Below, in pieces: positions 9,417 to 18,570 of a DNA stretch of 51,422 nt; the first letter of the stretch is position 1, and every line of letters begins with the position of its first letter. The notes below the pieces were generated by a model. It worked only from the letters and a program-made list of their open reading frames with translations. It was not told where the DNA came from and did no database searches. This DNA is from an uncultured bacterium (GTDB taxonomy: Bacteria > Actinomycetota > Actinomycetes > S36-B12 > UBA10799): positions 1 through 51,422 of the forward strand of contig CBFGTA010000001.1 of the NCBI GenBank assembly GCA_965651595.1, in the 5' to 3' direction. The position numbers and the translations under genes are program-made.

Positions 9417-11008
9417 TGAGCTGGCTCTTTGTCGCTCAGCGCGGCCAGGCGACGTAGCTCATCGTCATGCTTGGGGTAGAACACGGCAACCAGGACACCT
9501 GCCACCACGACCATGCCTAGGGCGAACGCGAATGCCCAGTTCGCTCCCTGCAGGAACGCCGTTTGAGCCCATCCCATCAGGGTCTGGGCCGGGACTTGGG
9601 GGAGTCCGGCGGCCACGCTCTCAGCACCAGCGAACGATTGGGTCATGAGTGCGACGGCCTGGTCGGACACCGATTGCCGTTCAGATTCCGGGACGGTATT
9701 CAACGAGGCCGTCAGATCGGCCGAATATTTCACGACGAGCAAAGAGCCCATCACCGACTGCATGATGGCGCCGCCGAGGTCGCGCTGGAGGTCGTTCGTT
9801 GCTGACCCCATGCCCGCCTTGTTGGGGGGAACCGCTGCCATCACTGCTCGGCTGGCTGGACTAGCGGCCATGGCGACGCCGGCACCGAGGGATGCGTACG
9901 AAATGCCGATCACCCAGTAGGGACTGTCGGCCTGCCACACGAACATCCCGACGAACCCGGCGGCGAGCAAGGCGAAGCCGATTAACAGGGTGATCCGCGA
10001 CCCGACTCGATTGATCACGATCGCCGCGACCGGCGACAGCACGACCATGGCGATCGCCGACGGCAGGATCGCCAAGCCCGCGGACAACGTCGAGTACCCC
10101 ATCACGTCCTGGAGGAACTGCTGCCCGATGAAGAACGAACCCATCAGTGATCCGAACACAATCAGGCCAGCAACTGCGGCCACCCAGAAAATGCGATTGC
10201 GGGCGATCCGGAAGTCGAACAGCGGGTTCGCTACTCGCAGCTGTCGGCGAACAAACACAACGCAGCTGGCGATCGCGATGACACCAAGTACTGCCGCGAC
10301 CGTGGCTAACCCTGGCTGCGGGGCGAAGCTGATGGCCAGAATCAAACTCGCCACGAAGATGACCGACAGGACCCCCCCGAAGTTGTCGACCGGTCGCGGG
10401 TCGCAGGTCGAGGCGGGTACTCCCACAATCACCAACACGAGAGCGATGGCAGCCAAGGGAATCGTGATGGCAAAGCCGGAGCCCCACCAGCTGAAGGTGA
10501 GTAGCCAACCGACGACGGTCGGCCCCAGGCTGGACACGCCCGCTCCGATCCCCGACCACAGCGCGATAGCGGTGACAAGTTTCTTACCGGTGTAGAGCGT
10601 GACGATGATCGACAAAGTAGTGGGGTACACCATTCCGGCAGCGATTCCGCCAACTAGCCTGCTGATGATCAGGAAATCCATGCTGGGGGCCCAGGCGGCA
10701 CAGGCCGCGGCTGGAATCGACACGATGAGGCCGATGATGAGCAGCCGACGACGGCCATGGTGGTCGCCGATTGCTCCCAAGTAGAGAACGGAACCGGCCA
10801 GGCCGAGGGTGAAGCCCACCGCTACGAGGTTCAGGCTGGCCTGACTCGCTTCGAAGTGGCGTCCAATGTCGGGTAGTGCGACGTTCGCTACCGCCAGGTT
10901 CAAGTTGGCGACGCAAGCGGCGGCGATCAAAGTGAAGAGGGCGAAGCCAGCGCGGGACCGGACAGCCGCAGTCGGCGAGTTTTCCACAAGCGCACGGTAT
11001 TCGATCAC
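9413..11008 (-). CDS. MFS transporter, DHA2 (EmrB/QacA-like)
   Basis: The 531-aa product carries NLNLAVANVALPDIGRHF...LNLVAVGFTLGLA...GDHHGRRRLL, the DHA2 signature region. It is divergent from rpsF. Confidence 0.85.
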   Translation of the reverse strand: MIEYRALVENSPTAAVRSRAGFALFTLIAAACVANLNLAVANVALPDIGRHFEASQASLNLVAVGFTLGLAGSVLYLGAIGDHHGRRRLLIIGLIVSIPAAACAAWAPSMDFLIISRLVGGIAAGMVYPTTLSIIVTLYTGKKLVTAIALWSGIGAGVSSLGPTVVGWLLTFSWWGSGFAITIPLAAIALVLVIVGVPASTCDPRPVDNFGGVLSVIFVASLILAISFAPQPGLATVAAVLGVIAIASCVVFVRRQLRVANPLFDFRIARNRIFWVAAVAGLIVFGSLMGSFFIGQQFLQDVMGYSTLSAGLAILPSAIAMVVLSPVAAIVINRVGSRITLLIGFALLAAGFVGMFVWQADSPYWVIGISYASLGAGVAMAASPASRAVMAAVPPNKAGMGSATNDLQRDLGGAIMQSVMGSLLVVKYSADLTASLNTVPESERQSVSDQAVALMTQSFAGAESVAAGLPQVPAQTLMGWAQTAFLQGANWAFAFALGMVVVAGVLVAVFYPKHDDELRRLAALSDKEPAQ

Positions 11009-11249
11009 TGGCCGGGGAAGCTCGACTAGTGTGCACCGAGCAGCCCAAGCACCCGGTCAACGTGACTCTCGTCCCTCGAGTAACAGCCAGAATACCGGGC
11101 CTATCGGTTGTTGGGTCGGGGCCAGGAGAGTACTCTAGGACAGTTACCCACCCGCTTCGAGCCGCTCATGGCTACGCGGTGAAGGTGGAGTGACCTCCTG
11201 TCACGGAAAGGCCGTGACCGATTGAGACCAAAGGAGGCGTGCGCTTCGC

Positions 11250-11555
11250 ATGCGTAAGTACGAAGTCATGGTCATCTTGGACCCCGATCTTGAGGAACGT
11301 ACGGTCCGTCCGAGCATGGACACTTTCCTCAACGTTATTCGGACAGCTGGCGGCAATGTCGAAGATCTCGAAGTATGGGGTCGACGCCGTCTCGCCTACG
11401 AGATCAACAAAGCGGCAGACGGAATCTACGTGGTCGCTACCGTCACCGCCGAATCTGAAGCAGTGGGTGAACTTGATCGCCAGCTGAACCTCAATGACGC
11501 CGTCTTGCGCACCAAGGTCGTGCGCCTACCCGAGAATCACGGATCTGCCGCATAG
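11250..11555 (+). CDS. rpsF: 30S ribosomal protein S6
   Basis: [16 protein letters not shown]...[12 protein letters not shown] is the canonical S6 sequence. An AAAGGAGG sequence lies upstream. Confidence 0.97.
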   Translation: MRKYEVMVILDPDLEERTVRPSMDTFLNVIRTAGGNVEDLEVWGRRRLAYEINKAADGIYVVATVTAESEAVGELDRQLNLNDAVLRTKVVRLPENHGSAA

Positions 11556-11629
11556 TTCGGGAACGGTCGGCTCTGCCTTCGGGGAGTCGGCTCTCGAGCC
11601 GCTTGTGGCAGTTGGAGAAAGGAAGTCCC

Positions 11630-12097
11630 ATGGCAGGAGAACCACAGATCACTCTGGTGGGAAACCTCGTTGACGATCCCGAACTTCGGTTCACGCCCTC
11701 TGGGGTAGCGGTGGCACGCTTTCGTGTTGCTTCAACTCCGCGGACGTTTGATCGCCAAGCCAACGAATGGAAAGATGGCGAGTCGGTGTTCCTGACCTGC
11801 CAGGCCTGGCGGCAGTACGCCGAGAACGTGGCGGAGTCGCTCAGCAAAGGCACCCGCGTTATTGTCGTGGGTCGTTTGCGTCAGCGCAGCTATGAGACAA
11901 ATGCTGGGGAACGCCGTACCGTCTATGACGTAGAAGTTGATGATGTCGGTCCCGCCCTGCGTAATGCGACAGCCTCTGTCTCGCGGGTCAACCGCAGTGG
12001 TGGTGCCCCCAGTTCTGGCGGTGGATCGGCGCCAGCCGCATCCGATCCTTGGAGCACTCCGGCTGCCTCGGCTGGTGCGGACGAACCACCGTTCTAA
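11630..12097 (+). CDS. ssb: Single-stranded DNA-binding protein
   Basis: [35 protein letters not shown] is an OB-fold N-terminus, followed by a Gly/Ser-rich linker and an acidic DEPPF tip. A GGAGAAAGGAAG sequence precedes the ATG at 11630. The ORF-track start at 11603 is probably too long. Confidence 0.95.
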   Translation: MAGEPQITLVGNLVDDPELRFTPSGVAVARFRVASTPRTFDRQANEWKDGESVFLTCQAWRQYAENVAESLSKGTRVIVVGRLRQRSYETNAGERRTVYDVEVDDVGPALRNATASVSRVNRSGGAPSSGGGSAPAASDPWSTPAASAGADEPPF

Positions 12098-12180
12098 TCC
12101 CTCATCCTTGACCGTCCGGCCCTGCCGTGCCCACGCGAGCAGTGACCGGGCGGGCCCCTCTTAACTGAAAGAAGATCACT

Positions 12181-12432
12181 ATGGCAAAGAAGGAAGCCCC
12201 ACAGGCCCCTGTGCGGAAAATCAAGAAGAAGGCTTGCCCGTTTTGCAAGCAAGAGAACCCGTACGTCGATTACAAAGATGTGAACATGCTGCGTAAGTAC
12301 ATTTCTGACCGGGGAAAGATCCGCGCCCGTCGGGTCACCGGTAACTGCACCCAGCATCAGCGCGAGGTTGCCACGGCGGTCAAGAACGCCCGCGAAATGG
12401 CCCTCTTGCCCTACACCGCCAGCACGCGCTAG
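12181..12432 (+). CDS. rpsR: 30S ribosomal protein S18
   Basis: [59 protein letters not shown] is the canonical S18 sequence. Confidence 0.97.
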   Translation: MAKKEAPQAPVRKIKKKACPFCKQENPYVDYKDVNMLRKYISDRGKIRARRVTGNCTQHQREVATAVKNAREMALLPYTASTR

Positions 12433-12443
12433 GAAGGCTACTG

Positions 12444-12890
12444 ATGAAGATCATCCTTACTCAGAATGTGGACGGCCTCGGTGAGGCGGGAGACATCGTC
12501 GAGGTGAAGTCCGGCTACGGCCGCAACTACCTGGTTCCACGTAACCTGGCCATCGTCTGGTCCCGTGGGGCAGAAAAGAACGTCACTGAGATCAAGCGTG
12601 CCCGTCAATCCCGGGCCGTTCGTGACGCGGCGCATGCTCACGAGTTGAAGACGCAGCTTGAGGCCGCGCCGGTCACCGTATCGGTGCGCGCCGGTGAAGG
12701 AGGCCGTCTGTTCGGTTCGGTATCTGGTGCGGCGATCGCTCAGGCGATCCGTTCGGCTGGCGGTCCGGCAGTCGACAAGCGAGCCATCGAGGTTGACGGC
12801 ACCATCAAGACGGTGGGCGACTATCGTGCGGCAGTTCGCCTGCATGGCGACATCGCCGCTCGCATCACGGTCACCGTGGTGGCGGCCTGA
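12444..12890 (+). CDS. rplI: 50S ribosomal protein L9
   Basis: MKIILTQNVDGLGEAGDIVEVKSGYGRNYLVPRNLA is the canonical L9 N-domain. Confidence 0.97.
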   Translation: MKIILTQNVDGLGEAGDIVEVKSGYGRNYLVPRNLAIVWSRGAEKNVTEIKRARQSRAVRDAAHAHELKTQLEAAPVTVSVRAGEGGRLFGSVSGAAIAQAIRSAGGPAVDKRAIEVDGTIKTVGDYRAAVRLHGDIAARITVTVVAA

Positions 12891-12932
12891 TCACTACGTA
12901 GCGGGCCCGCCCAGGCCTTGGCTAGACCCTCT

Positions 12933-12971
12933 CCCGGTGGGGCAGTCCGCTTCGGTGGCTGCCCCACCGGG
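12933..12971. terminator. Strong hairpin between the convergent rplI and LMW-PTP genes (likely bidirectional intrinsic terminator)
   Basis: CCCGGTGGGGCAG (12933-12945) pairs perfectly with CTGCCCCACCGGG (12959-12971), giving a 13-bp stem and a 13-nt loop. There is no clear U-tract, as is common in high-GC actinobacteria. Confidence 0.6.
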
Positions 12972-13065
12972 TGGTTAAGCGCAGTGGTCGACCGTTGCGC
13001 CTCGCCAGAACCCGATCCCGCCGATCCGACCGAGCACATCCGCGATGCCTGCCGCCAACCCGGTG

Positions 13066-13590
13066 TCATAGCTGCAGCCGCGCATAGTCAACAACTCCGC
13101 GCGAACAGCGCTGAACCATTCCCAGAACCGCGTCGAAGTCCGAGTCGTCGCCGTAGTAAGGGTCAGGGACTTCCAGGCGGCTGTCATTGTCAGGAAGGTG
13201 CATGAGGTCTGCGTCAAACGAACGCAGGAGCCGAATTCGTTCGAACTCATCGTCGGACCTGGCCAGATCTTGAAGCGCAGCCAGGTTGGCTCGATCCATG
13301 GCCAGCACTAGATCAGCTGAATCAAACCAGTGGGAGCGGAACACAGCGGCCCGATGCGAGGGGGAGTATCCGGCCTCCCGCAAGACCTTCTGGGTGCGAG
13401 GATCAGCTGGCTCCCCGGCATGCCACCCGGCCGTACCGGCTGAACGAACCGTGACGCGGTCAGCCAGGCCAGCATCAGCGAACTCCGCCCGCAACACCGC
13501 CGCGGCAATCGGGGATCGACAAATGTTGCCCAGACAGACAGTGACGACCTCCCAAGTGTGAGGTGCGTTGGACGACTCAACAATGACCAC
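13066..13590 (-). CDS. Low-molecular-weight protein-tyrosine phosphatase
   Basis: The P-loop reads VCLGNICRSP (CX5R), and DPYYG lies near the C-terminus. The ORF is open to 13734, but LMW-PTPs start only a few residues before the P-loop. GTG at 13590 is the nearest upstream start codon I can see. The start is uncertain. Confidence 0.8.
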   Translation of the reverse strand: MVIVESSNAPHTWEVVTVCLGNICRSPIAAAVLRAEFADAGLADRVTVRSAGTAGWHAGEPADPRTQKVLREAGYSPSHRAAVFRSHWFDSADLVLAMDRANLAALQDLARSDDEFERIRLLRSFDADLMHLPDNDSRLEVPDPYYGDDSDFDAVLGMVQRCSRGVVDYARLQL

Positions 13591-13948
13591 GCACCCATCA
13601 TATGGGTCCGAGTTGGGTGCGAGTTGGGCGAAGAAATTGTTTCCCACAGGCTGTGAGCACCGGCGGGCCTGCCGTACAGGGTGTTGAGGTCGCTGTTGTG
13701 CTGAGCCGTTGACCGCTGTCAACAGGTCGTCCACACCCGCACTGCCACTATGCCCAGAGTCTCCACAAGTCCAGTAACAGCTTGTCCACAGCCGTCCGGA
13801 GGAACCGGTCTGCTCGCGTAGTCAATGTCGGAGCGGGCAGCCATGATGTACGAGGACTTGCTGTTGGGGGGCAGCGTCTAGCTGGCGATGCTCCCCCGCG
13901 ACCTGCGGGCGGAAGTACGTGCCGGTGGTCGTGGGCAAGGAGGACTGC

Positions 13949-15310
13949 GTGAGTATTGCGGACTTAACGGCACTGCCAGGCTCCCAGCGGGATTCAGTCA
14001 TGCGCACGCCCCCGCAGGACTTGATGGCCGAGCAGTGCGTGCTCGGAGCGATGTTGCTGAGCAAAGATGCCATCGCTGACGTAGTCGAGGATCTCCGCGA
14101 GGACGACTTCTACAAGCCAGCCCACGCCGTGGTCTACGGGGCGATTCTTGATCTGTATGGGCGGGGCGAGCCCGCCGACGCCGTCACCGTGGCCAGCGAA
14201 CTCACCAAGGCTGGCTCCATCGGCCGGGTCGGTGGTGCCACCTATCTGCACACCTTGACGCAGGCGGTGCCGGTCGCTGAAAGCGCGAGCTACTACGCCC
14301 GGATCGTGGTTGAGCAGGCCACTCTGCGCCGGTTGGTGACGGCGGGAACCAAGATCACGCAGCTGGCCTATGCGGCGGAAGGCGAAGTTGACGATCTGGT
14401 TGACCGAGCCGAATCGGAGATCTTCCATGTCTCGGCTCGCCGCAGTGGCGAAGACTACGAGGCTCTCGAGACCTTGATGCCCGCTGCCATCGAAGAGATC
14501 GAAGCGATTCATTCCCGCGGTGGCCAGCTAGTCGGAGTGCCTACGGGGTTCGCTGATCTCGATGACCTCACCAATGGGCTTCATCCCGGCCAAATGATCA
14601 TCGTGGCGGGGCGTCCGGCAATGGGTAAGTCGACCTTGGGTTTGGATTTTGCGCGCAGTGCGAGCATCAAGAACGGCGCCACTAGCGCGATCTTCTCGCT
14701 TGAGATGTCGCGCAACGAGATCATCATGCGCCTGTTGTCAGCGGAGGCACGTGTGCCTTTGCAACACATACGTAACGGCTCGATGACAGAGCAAGACTGG
14801 ATGCGGTTAGCGCGGTGCCAGTCCGAGATGAGCGATGCGCCCCTTTACATCGACGACTCGCCGAACCTGTCGCTGATGGAGATTCGAGCGAAGTGCCGTC
14901 GACTCAAGCAACGTCACGAGCTCAAGCTCGTAGTGGTGGACTATTTGCAGTTGATGACATCTGGCCGAAAAGTGGAGAGTCGGCAGCAGGAAGTCAGTGA
15001 GTTCTCCCGATCGCTGAAGCTGCTCGCCAAAGAGCTTGAAGTTCCGGTGATTGCCATCAGCCAGCTCAACCGCGGTCCCGAGCAGCGAACGGACAAACGT
15101 CCGATGGTCAGTGACTTGCGCGAATCGGGCAGCCTCGAACAGGATGCGGATGTCGTTTTGCTCGTCCACCGGGAAGACTTCTACGATGCTGACTCGCGCC
15201 CGGGTGAGGCTGATCTGATCGTCGGCAAGCATCGCAACGGACCCACCAAGACGATCACCGTTGCCTTCCAAGGCCACTACTCCCGCTTCGTGGACATGGC
15301 CCACGAGTAG
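13949..15310 (+). CDS. dnaB: Replicative DNA helicase DnaB (no intein)
   Basis: Readable blocks are PPQDLMAEQCVLGAMLLSKDAI, Walker A GRPAMGKST, DYLQLM and SQLNRGPEQR. AAGGAGG at 13937-13943 lies 5 nt before GTG 13949. The length of about 453 aa leaves no room for an intein. Confidence 0.95.
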   Translation: MSIADLTALPGSQRDSVMRTPPQDLMAEQCVLGAMLLSKDAIADVVEDLREDDFYKPAHAVVYGAILDLYGRGEPADAVTVASELTKAGSIGRVGGATYLHTLTQAVPVAESASYYARIVVEQATLRRLVTAGTKITQLAYAAEGEVDDLVDRAESEIFHVSARRSGEDYEALETLMPAAIEEIEAIHSRGGQLVGVPTGFADLDDLTNGLHPGQMIIVAGRPAMGKSTLGLDFARSASIKNGATSAIFSLEMSRNEIIMRLLSAEARVPLQHIRNGSMTEQDWMRLARCQSEMSDAPLYIDDSPNLSLMEIRAKCRRLKQRHELKLVVVDYLQLMTSGRKVESRQQEVSEFSRSLKLLAKELEVPVIAISQLNRGPEQRTDKRPMVSDLRESGSLEQDADVVLLVHREDFYDADSRPGEADLIVGKHRNGPTKTITVAFQGHYSRFVDMAHE

Positions 15311-15313
15311 GTA

Positions 15314-15341
15314 CCGAGCTGTAGGTTCCCGACCTACTCGG
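15314..15341 (+). terminator. Imperfect hairpin just after the dnaB stop
   Basis: The sequence is CCGAG-ct-GTAGGT tcccg ACCTAC-TCGG, a 10-bp stem with a 2-nt bulge. A second imperfect hairpin lies at 15427-15456. Confidence 0.3.
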
Positions 15342-15600
15342 TCACGTCCCGCGCACGCCACCACCCGCCACACTGCATGCCGCAACGAATGCGCGCGGCG
15401 GCGGGGCGTGGCAGCCACCCACCGCTCTTTGCCTGGCGCGAACACGCCGAGCAAAGCACCAGCACCATGTACTGGGCGCGCGTACGTACGCCACCCACCG
15501 CCTGATGGGCAGCGCCTGCTAACTCGCCGCAGCGTCGAGGGCAGACACCTAGTGCGCTATGAGATCGAGACGATCGGTCACCTCTCAGGAGCGACGGATG

Positions 15601-15660
15601 TGCTTGGAATTACAATCAAGAGGCGGTATGTGAGCATCAAATGCTTGGTATTGCAATCAA
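15601..15660 (+). promoter_or_regulatory. Two copies of a 19-bp element upstream of hipB (candidate HipB operator / promoter region)
   Basis: TGCTTGGAATTACAATCAA (15601-15619) and TGCTTGGTATTGCAATCAA (15642-15660) match at 17 of 19 positions and their starts are 41 bp apart. The second copy contains the palindrome ATTGCAAT. The local sequence is very A/T-rich for this genome. The element ends 30 bp before the hipB start. Confidence 0.45.
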
Positions 15661-15689
15661 TTGGTTCCGAGTTGTTGTAGTCTGAACAT

Positions 15690-15974
15690 GTGCGACGGAT
15701 GCTCAGTTCGAAGGAATGGGAAGCCGAGATTGGTTCCCGCATTAAGCGTGCGCGGACTCGTCAACACCTCAGCCAAACTCAGTTGGCGACACTGGCGAAT
15801 GTTTCTCGATCTGCGGTCCAAACCCTCGAATCCGGTGCCGGTAGCAGCCTTAAAACTTTCATCGCGGTCATGAAAGCTCTCAACTCAGATCCTGAACTCG
15901 ATGCCTTCTTGCAGCACGCAATTCAACCCACACCCATGGAAGTTCTGCGGCAACAACAAAGGAGGCAGTCGTGA
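15690..15974 (+). CDS. hipB: XRE-family HTH antitoxin (HipB-like)
   Basis: IGSRIKRARTRQHLSQTQLATLANVSRSAVQTLESG is a Cro/C1-type HTH. The product is small (about 94 aa). Its stop overlaps the hipA start (GTGA at 15971-15974). ATG 15699 is an alternative start. Confidence 0.85.
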   Translation: MRRMLSSKEWEAEIGSRIKRARTRQHLSQTQLATLANVSRSAVQTLESGAGSSLKTFIAVMKALNSDPELDAFLQHAIQPTPMEVLRQQQRRQS

Positions 15975-17269
15975 CGGTCGGGCCCACCATGATTCCTGCC
16001 TTAGAAGTACGCGCATGGGGTCACACGGTTGGAGCCATAACGCTCGATAACACAGGTATTGTCGAATTTGAGTACGCAGAAGACTGGGTCACGCGTCGTA
16101 TCGACCTGGCACCAAGACACCTTCCCGTCACAACGGGTCGCCAACCCACATTCCGATTTCCCGATCTTCCACGAGCCACGTTTAGAGGGCTCCCGGGAAT
16201 GCTCTCCGATTCGTTACCCGACAACTTCGGTAACAGCGTCATCAACGCATGGCTGGAAAGCCATAACATCGACAAGAACTCTTTCACCGTTCTCGACCGG
16301 CTCGCATACATCGGTGAACGCGGTTTCGGTGCACTCACCTACCATCCGGCAACCCCCATCGACACCGACACCACGAGCAGCGTCTTAGACATTGCCGCGC
16401 TCGTGACCGCGGCGCGATCTGCAATCAAGGGAACCGTCGACAACACCGAAACGCTGAGCCATCTCATCCGCGTCGGCTCATCCGCTGGCGGTGCTCGTGC
16501 GAAAGCGATCATCAACTACAACACGGAGACCGGTGAACTCACCGAAGGTCACCTCGAGCCGGAACCAGGATTCGAACCGTGGCTCATGAAACTCGATGGC
16601 GTCAACCCGAACGCGTCCGTACTCGGGCACACCGAACCGTACACACGCATCGAATACGCCTACCATCTCATGGCCATGGATGCGGGAATCATCATGAATC
16701 CATGCGAACTTATTGACGAAGGTCCACGCGCACACTTCATCACGAAACGATTCGACCGAACCCGGACTAACGATCGGGTGCATATGCAAACACTGTGCGC
16801 CTTAGACCATCTCGACTTCCGGCAACCCGCCGCCCACAGCTACGAACAACTCCTACGCCTCACCAGCGACCTCAACCCCGACCCGTACCAGCGCGGCGAA
16901 GCGTACCGACGGCTCGTGTTTAACGTCCTCGCAGTGAACCGTGACGACCACACAAAAAACACCAGCTTCCTTTACACCCCAGACGATGGCTGGCATCTCA
17001 GCCCCGCTTACGACGTGACGTACGCACACAATCCCGACGGCCTATGGACCGCCACCCACCAAATGACCATCAACAAGAAGACCGCCACCATTACCCGTGA
17101 CGATCTGCACTACGTGGGCGACAAATACGGGATACCCGGTTACCGCGACATCATCAAGACAGTGACAGCCGCCGTTGCCGACTGGGAAACATACGCACAA
17201 CAAGCAGGTGTTCCCGAATCCGTCACGAAACGCATCCGTGACGACCTCAACACCGTGCGGCTCTCGTAG
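15971..17269 (+). CDS. hipA: HipA-family serine/threonine kinase toxin (type II TA)
   Basis: The N-terminal coupling domain reads LEVRAWGHTVGAITLDNTGIVEFEY. It is followed by the GSSAGGARAKAI loop, the catalytic NRDDHTKNTSFLY motif and LSPAYDV. At 432 aa it has the typical length. Confidence 0.9.
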   Translation: MTVGPTMIPALEVRAWGHTVGAITLDNTGIVEFEYAEDWVTRRIDLAPRHLPVTTGRQPTFRFPDLPRATFRGLPGMLSDSLPDNFGNSVINAWLESHNIDKNSFTVLDRLAYIGERGFGALTYHPATPIDTDTTSSVLDIAALVTAARSAIKGTVDNTETLSHLIRVGSSAGGARAKAIINYNTETGELTEGHLEPEPGFEPWLMKLDGVNPNASVLGHTEPYTRIEYAYHLMAMDAGIIMNPCELIDEGPRAHFITKRFDRTRTNDRVHMQTLCALDHLDFRQPAAHSYEQLLRLTSDLNPDPYQRGEAYRRLVFNVLAVNRDDHTKNTSFLYTPDDGWHLSPAYDVTYAHNPDGLWTATHQMTINKKTATITRDDLHYVGDKYGIPGYRDIIKTVTAAVADWETYAQQAGVPESVTKRIRDDLNTVRLS

Positions 17270-17870
17270 CCGTCCACGCCGACCGGGGGCAGCACCTCGG
17301 CGACCTGAAAGACAACCTCATCGACGTCCTCGACCTGTCCTCCGCGATCGGACACTCGACCGCATCACCTGGGGACTTCCAGTCTTTAGTCGACACCTGC
17401 GGAAACACTCTGACGTAGTTCGCAAAGATCTGTCGTATCAGCAGGTATCGCGTATCAGCGGGAACGCCAAGTGGCGTTACCCGCAATGCAGTACCAGCAT
17501 TCGTTCGGAACTCAGTTGATGGTAGATCGGTTTCGGCGATGAGCTGTCGGATGTTCAGATGCTCGGACCATCCCTGGCGTCCGCTGAGATCAGTGACGGT
17601 GTTCCGCACTGCAGTCGTACACCGTTTTCGCGCCAGCAAAAAAGTCTCAGCCAACGTGAGCCAGGACTTGGTGTGCTGGCGATCTGTTGCCAGTGCCCGT
17701 GGGCGCCGCCGGTCCAGTCGGCGAATTCTTATGTAGCTGCAGATCTCTTTGATGATCGCGAACACTTTCCGTTTCGGCGGGGCTGCTGGACCAGCCTCCC
17801 CTAGGTGGAGGTGTGTGGCATGGCGAGCACGATCGCGGCGATCCCCGACGAGGTGGATAGGTTGGTGCAT
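17247..17870 (-). other. ORF of unknown function or decayed gene remnant in the A/T-richer patch
   Basis: Only the central part (KVFAIIKEICSYIRIRRLDRRRP...WLTLAETFLLARKR...GWSEHLNIRQLIAE) looks protein-like. Both ends are Arg/Cys/Pro-rich junk and overlap the neighbouring genes. No family was recognised. Confidence 0.2.
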
Positions 17871-18170
17871 CTCGGGGACTTCGGCCTAATGGGCTCCGGT
17901 TTCGACACGTTCCTTTACAAAGTTAATAGGGCCGCGGCTGCCCGCGGCGTGGATGTTCGTGTGGTGCCTGGGAACCACGAAAACTATGACTGGATCGCCC
18001 GCCAGCCCACCGATGGCGACGGTCTTATTGCCGCCGACTGGATCCGGTTGTTCCCCCGCGGATACCGGTTCACTGTTGAAGGCGTGACGTTCTGCGCGGT
18101 CGGAGGCGCCGTCAGCGTGGATCAAGGACGGCGCACGCCGGGAAAGAGTCGGTGGCCGGCCGAAGCGGCG
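17805..18170 (+). pseudogene. Calcineurin-like metallophosphoesterase fragment (truncated or decayed)
   Basis: VHLGDFG, VVPGNHENYDW and CAVGGAVSVDQGRRTPGKSRW match the middle blocks of phage/actinobacterial metallophosphoesterases. The N-terminal DxH block is missing. After about nt 18170 the frame becomes non-protein-like and runs into the convergent monooxygenase gene. Confidence 0.45.
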
Positions 18171-18570
18171 CGTCAGGTTGGCCAGCGCCTTGGCATCAGG
18201 CCGCGGGAGGTTGAACGGTGCATCGACGCGTGGTGGCAGTGGCCATCCCGATGTGGTGCGCCAGAGCCGGCCCGTGATCCGGAAGTGATTGAAGGCCCGG
18301 CCGTCATCGACACGCGTGCAGCGACGGTGGTGCGGATGCGCGTCCGCGAACAAGAACAACTCCAGCTGCTCGACATCCGTGCATGCACCGCCGGACACCC
18401 CATGGTCCTGCTTCTCGACGTGCGGCAAGACGGAATCGCGACGACGCGCCAGTCAACAAGACTCGCCGGGCGCCATGTAACAGGATATGTGTCAGGTACT
18501 GGTGGGGCAGTTGTAGCCGCGGGCGACGTCTGCGAATGTCCGCCAGGTTGTGTGCAACCGTGCGTGGCCG

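Noticed and set aside
8308-9648. Large alternative-frame ORFs (8308-9177 minus, 8767-9648 plus) inside and antisense to the 12-TMS MFS gene.
   Set aside because: The translations are Arg/Ser/His-rich without hydrophobic periodicity. The annotated frame gives a coherent polytopic transporter.
13949-15310. Checked dnaB for an intein, as found in M. tuberculosis DnaB.
   Set aside because: The protein is about 453 aa with contiguous helicase motifs. No insertion or Cys/Ser...HN splice-junction block is present.
15415-15501. 11-bp direct repeat CCACCCACCGC (15415-15425 and 15491-15501) after dnaB, considered as possible att-like insertion scars of the hipBA islet.
   Set aside because: Both copies lie on the same (left) side of the islet, and I found no matching copy at a plausible right boundary. 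Only CCACCCACC occurs, inside hipA. Such a short C-rich word is likely a chance occurrence in this composition.
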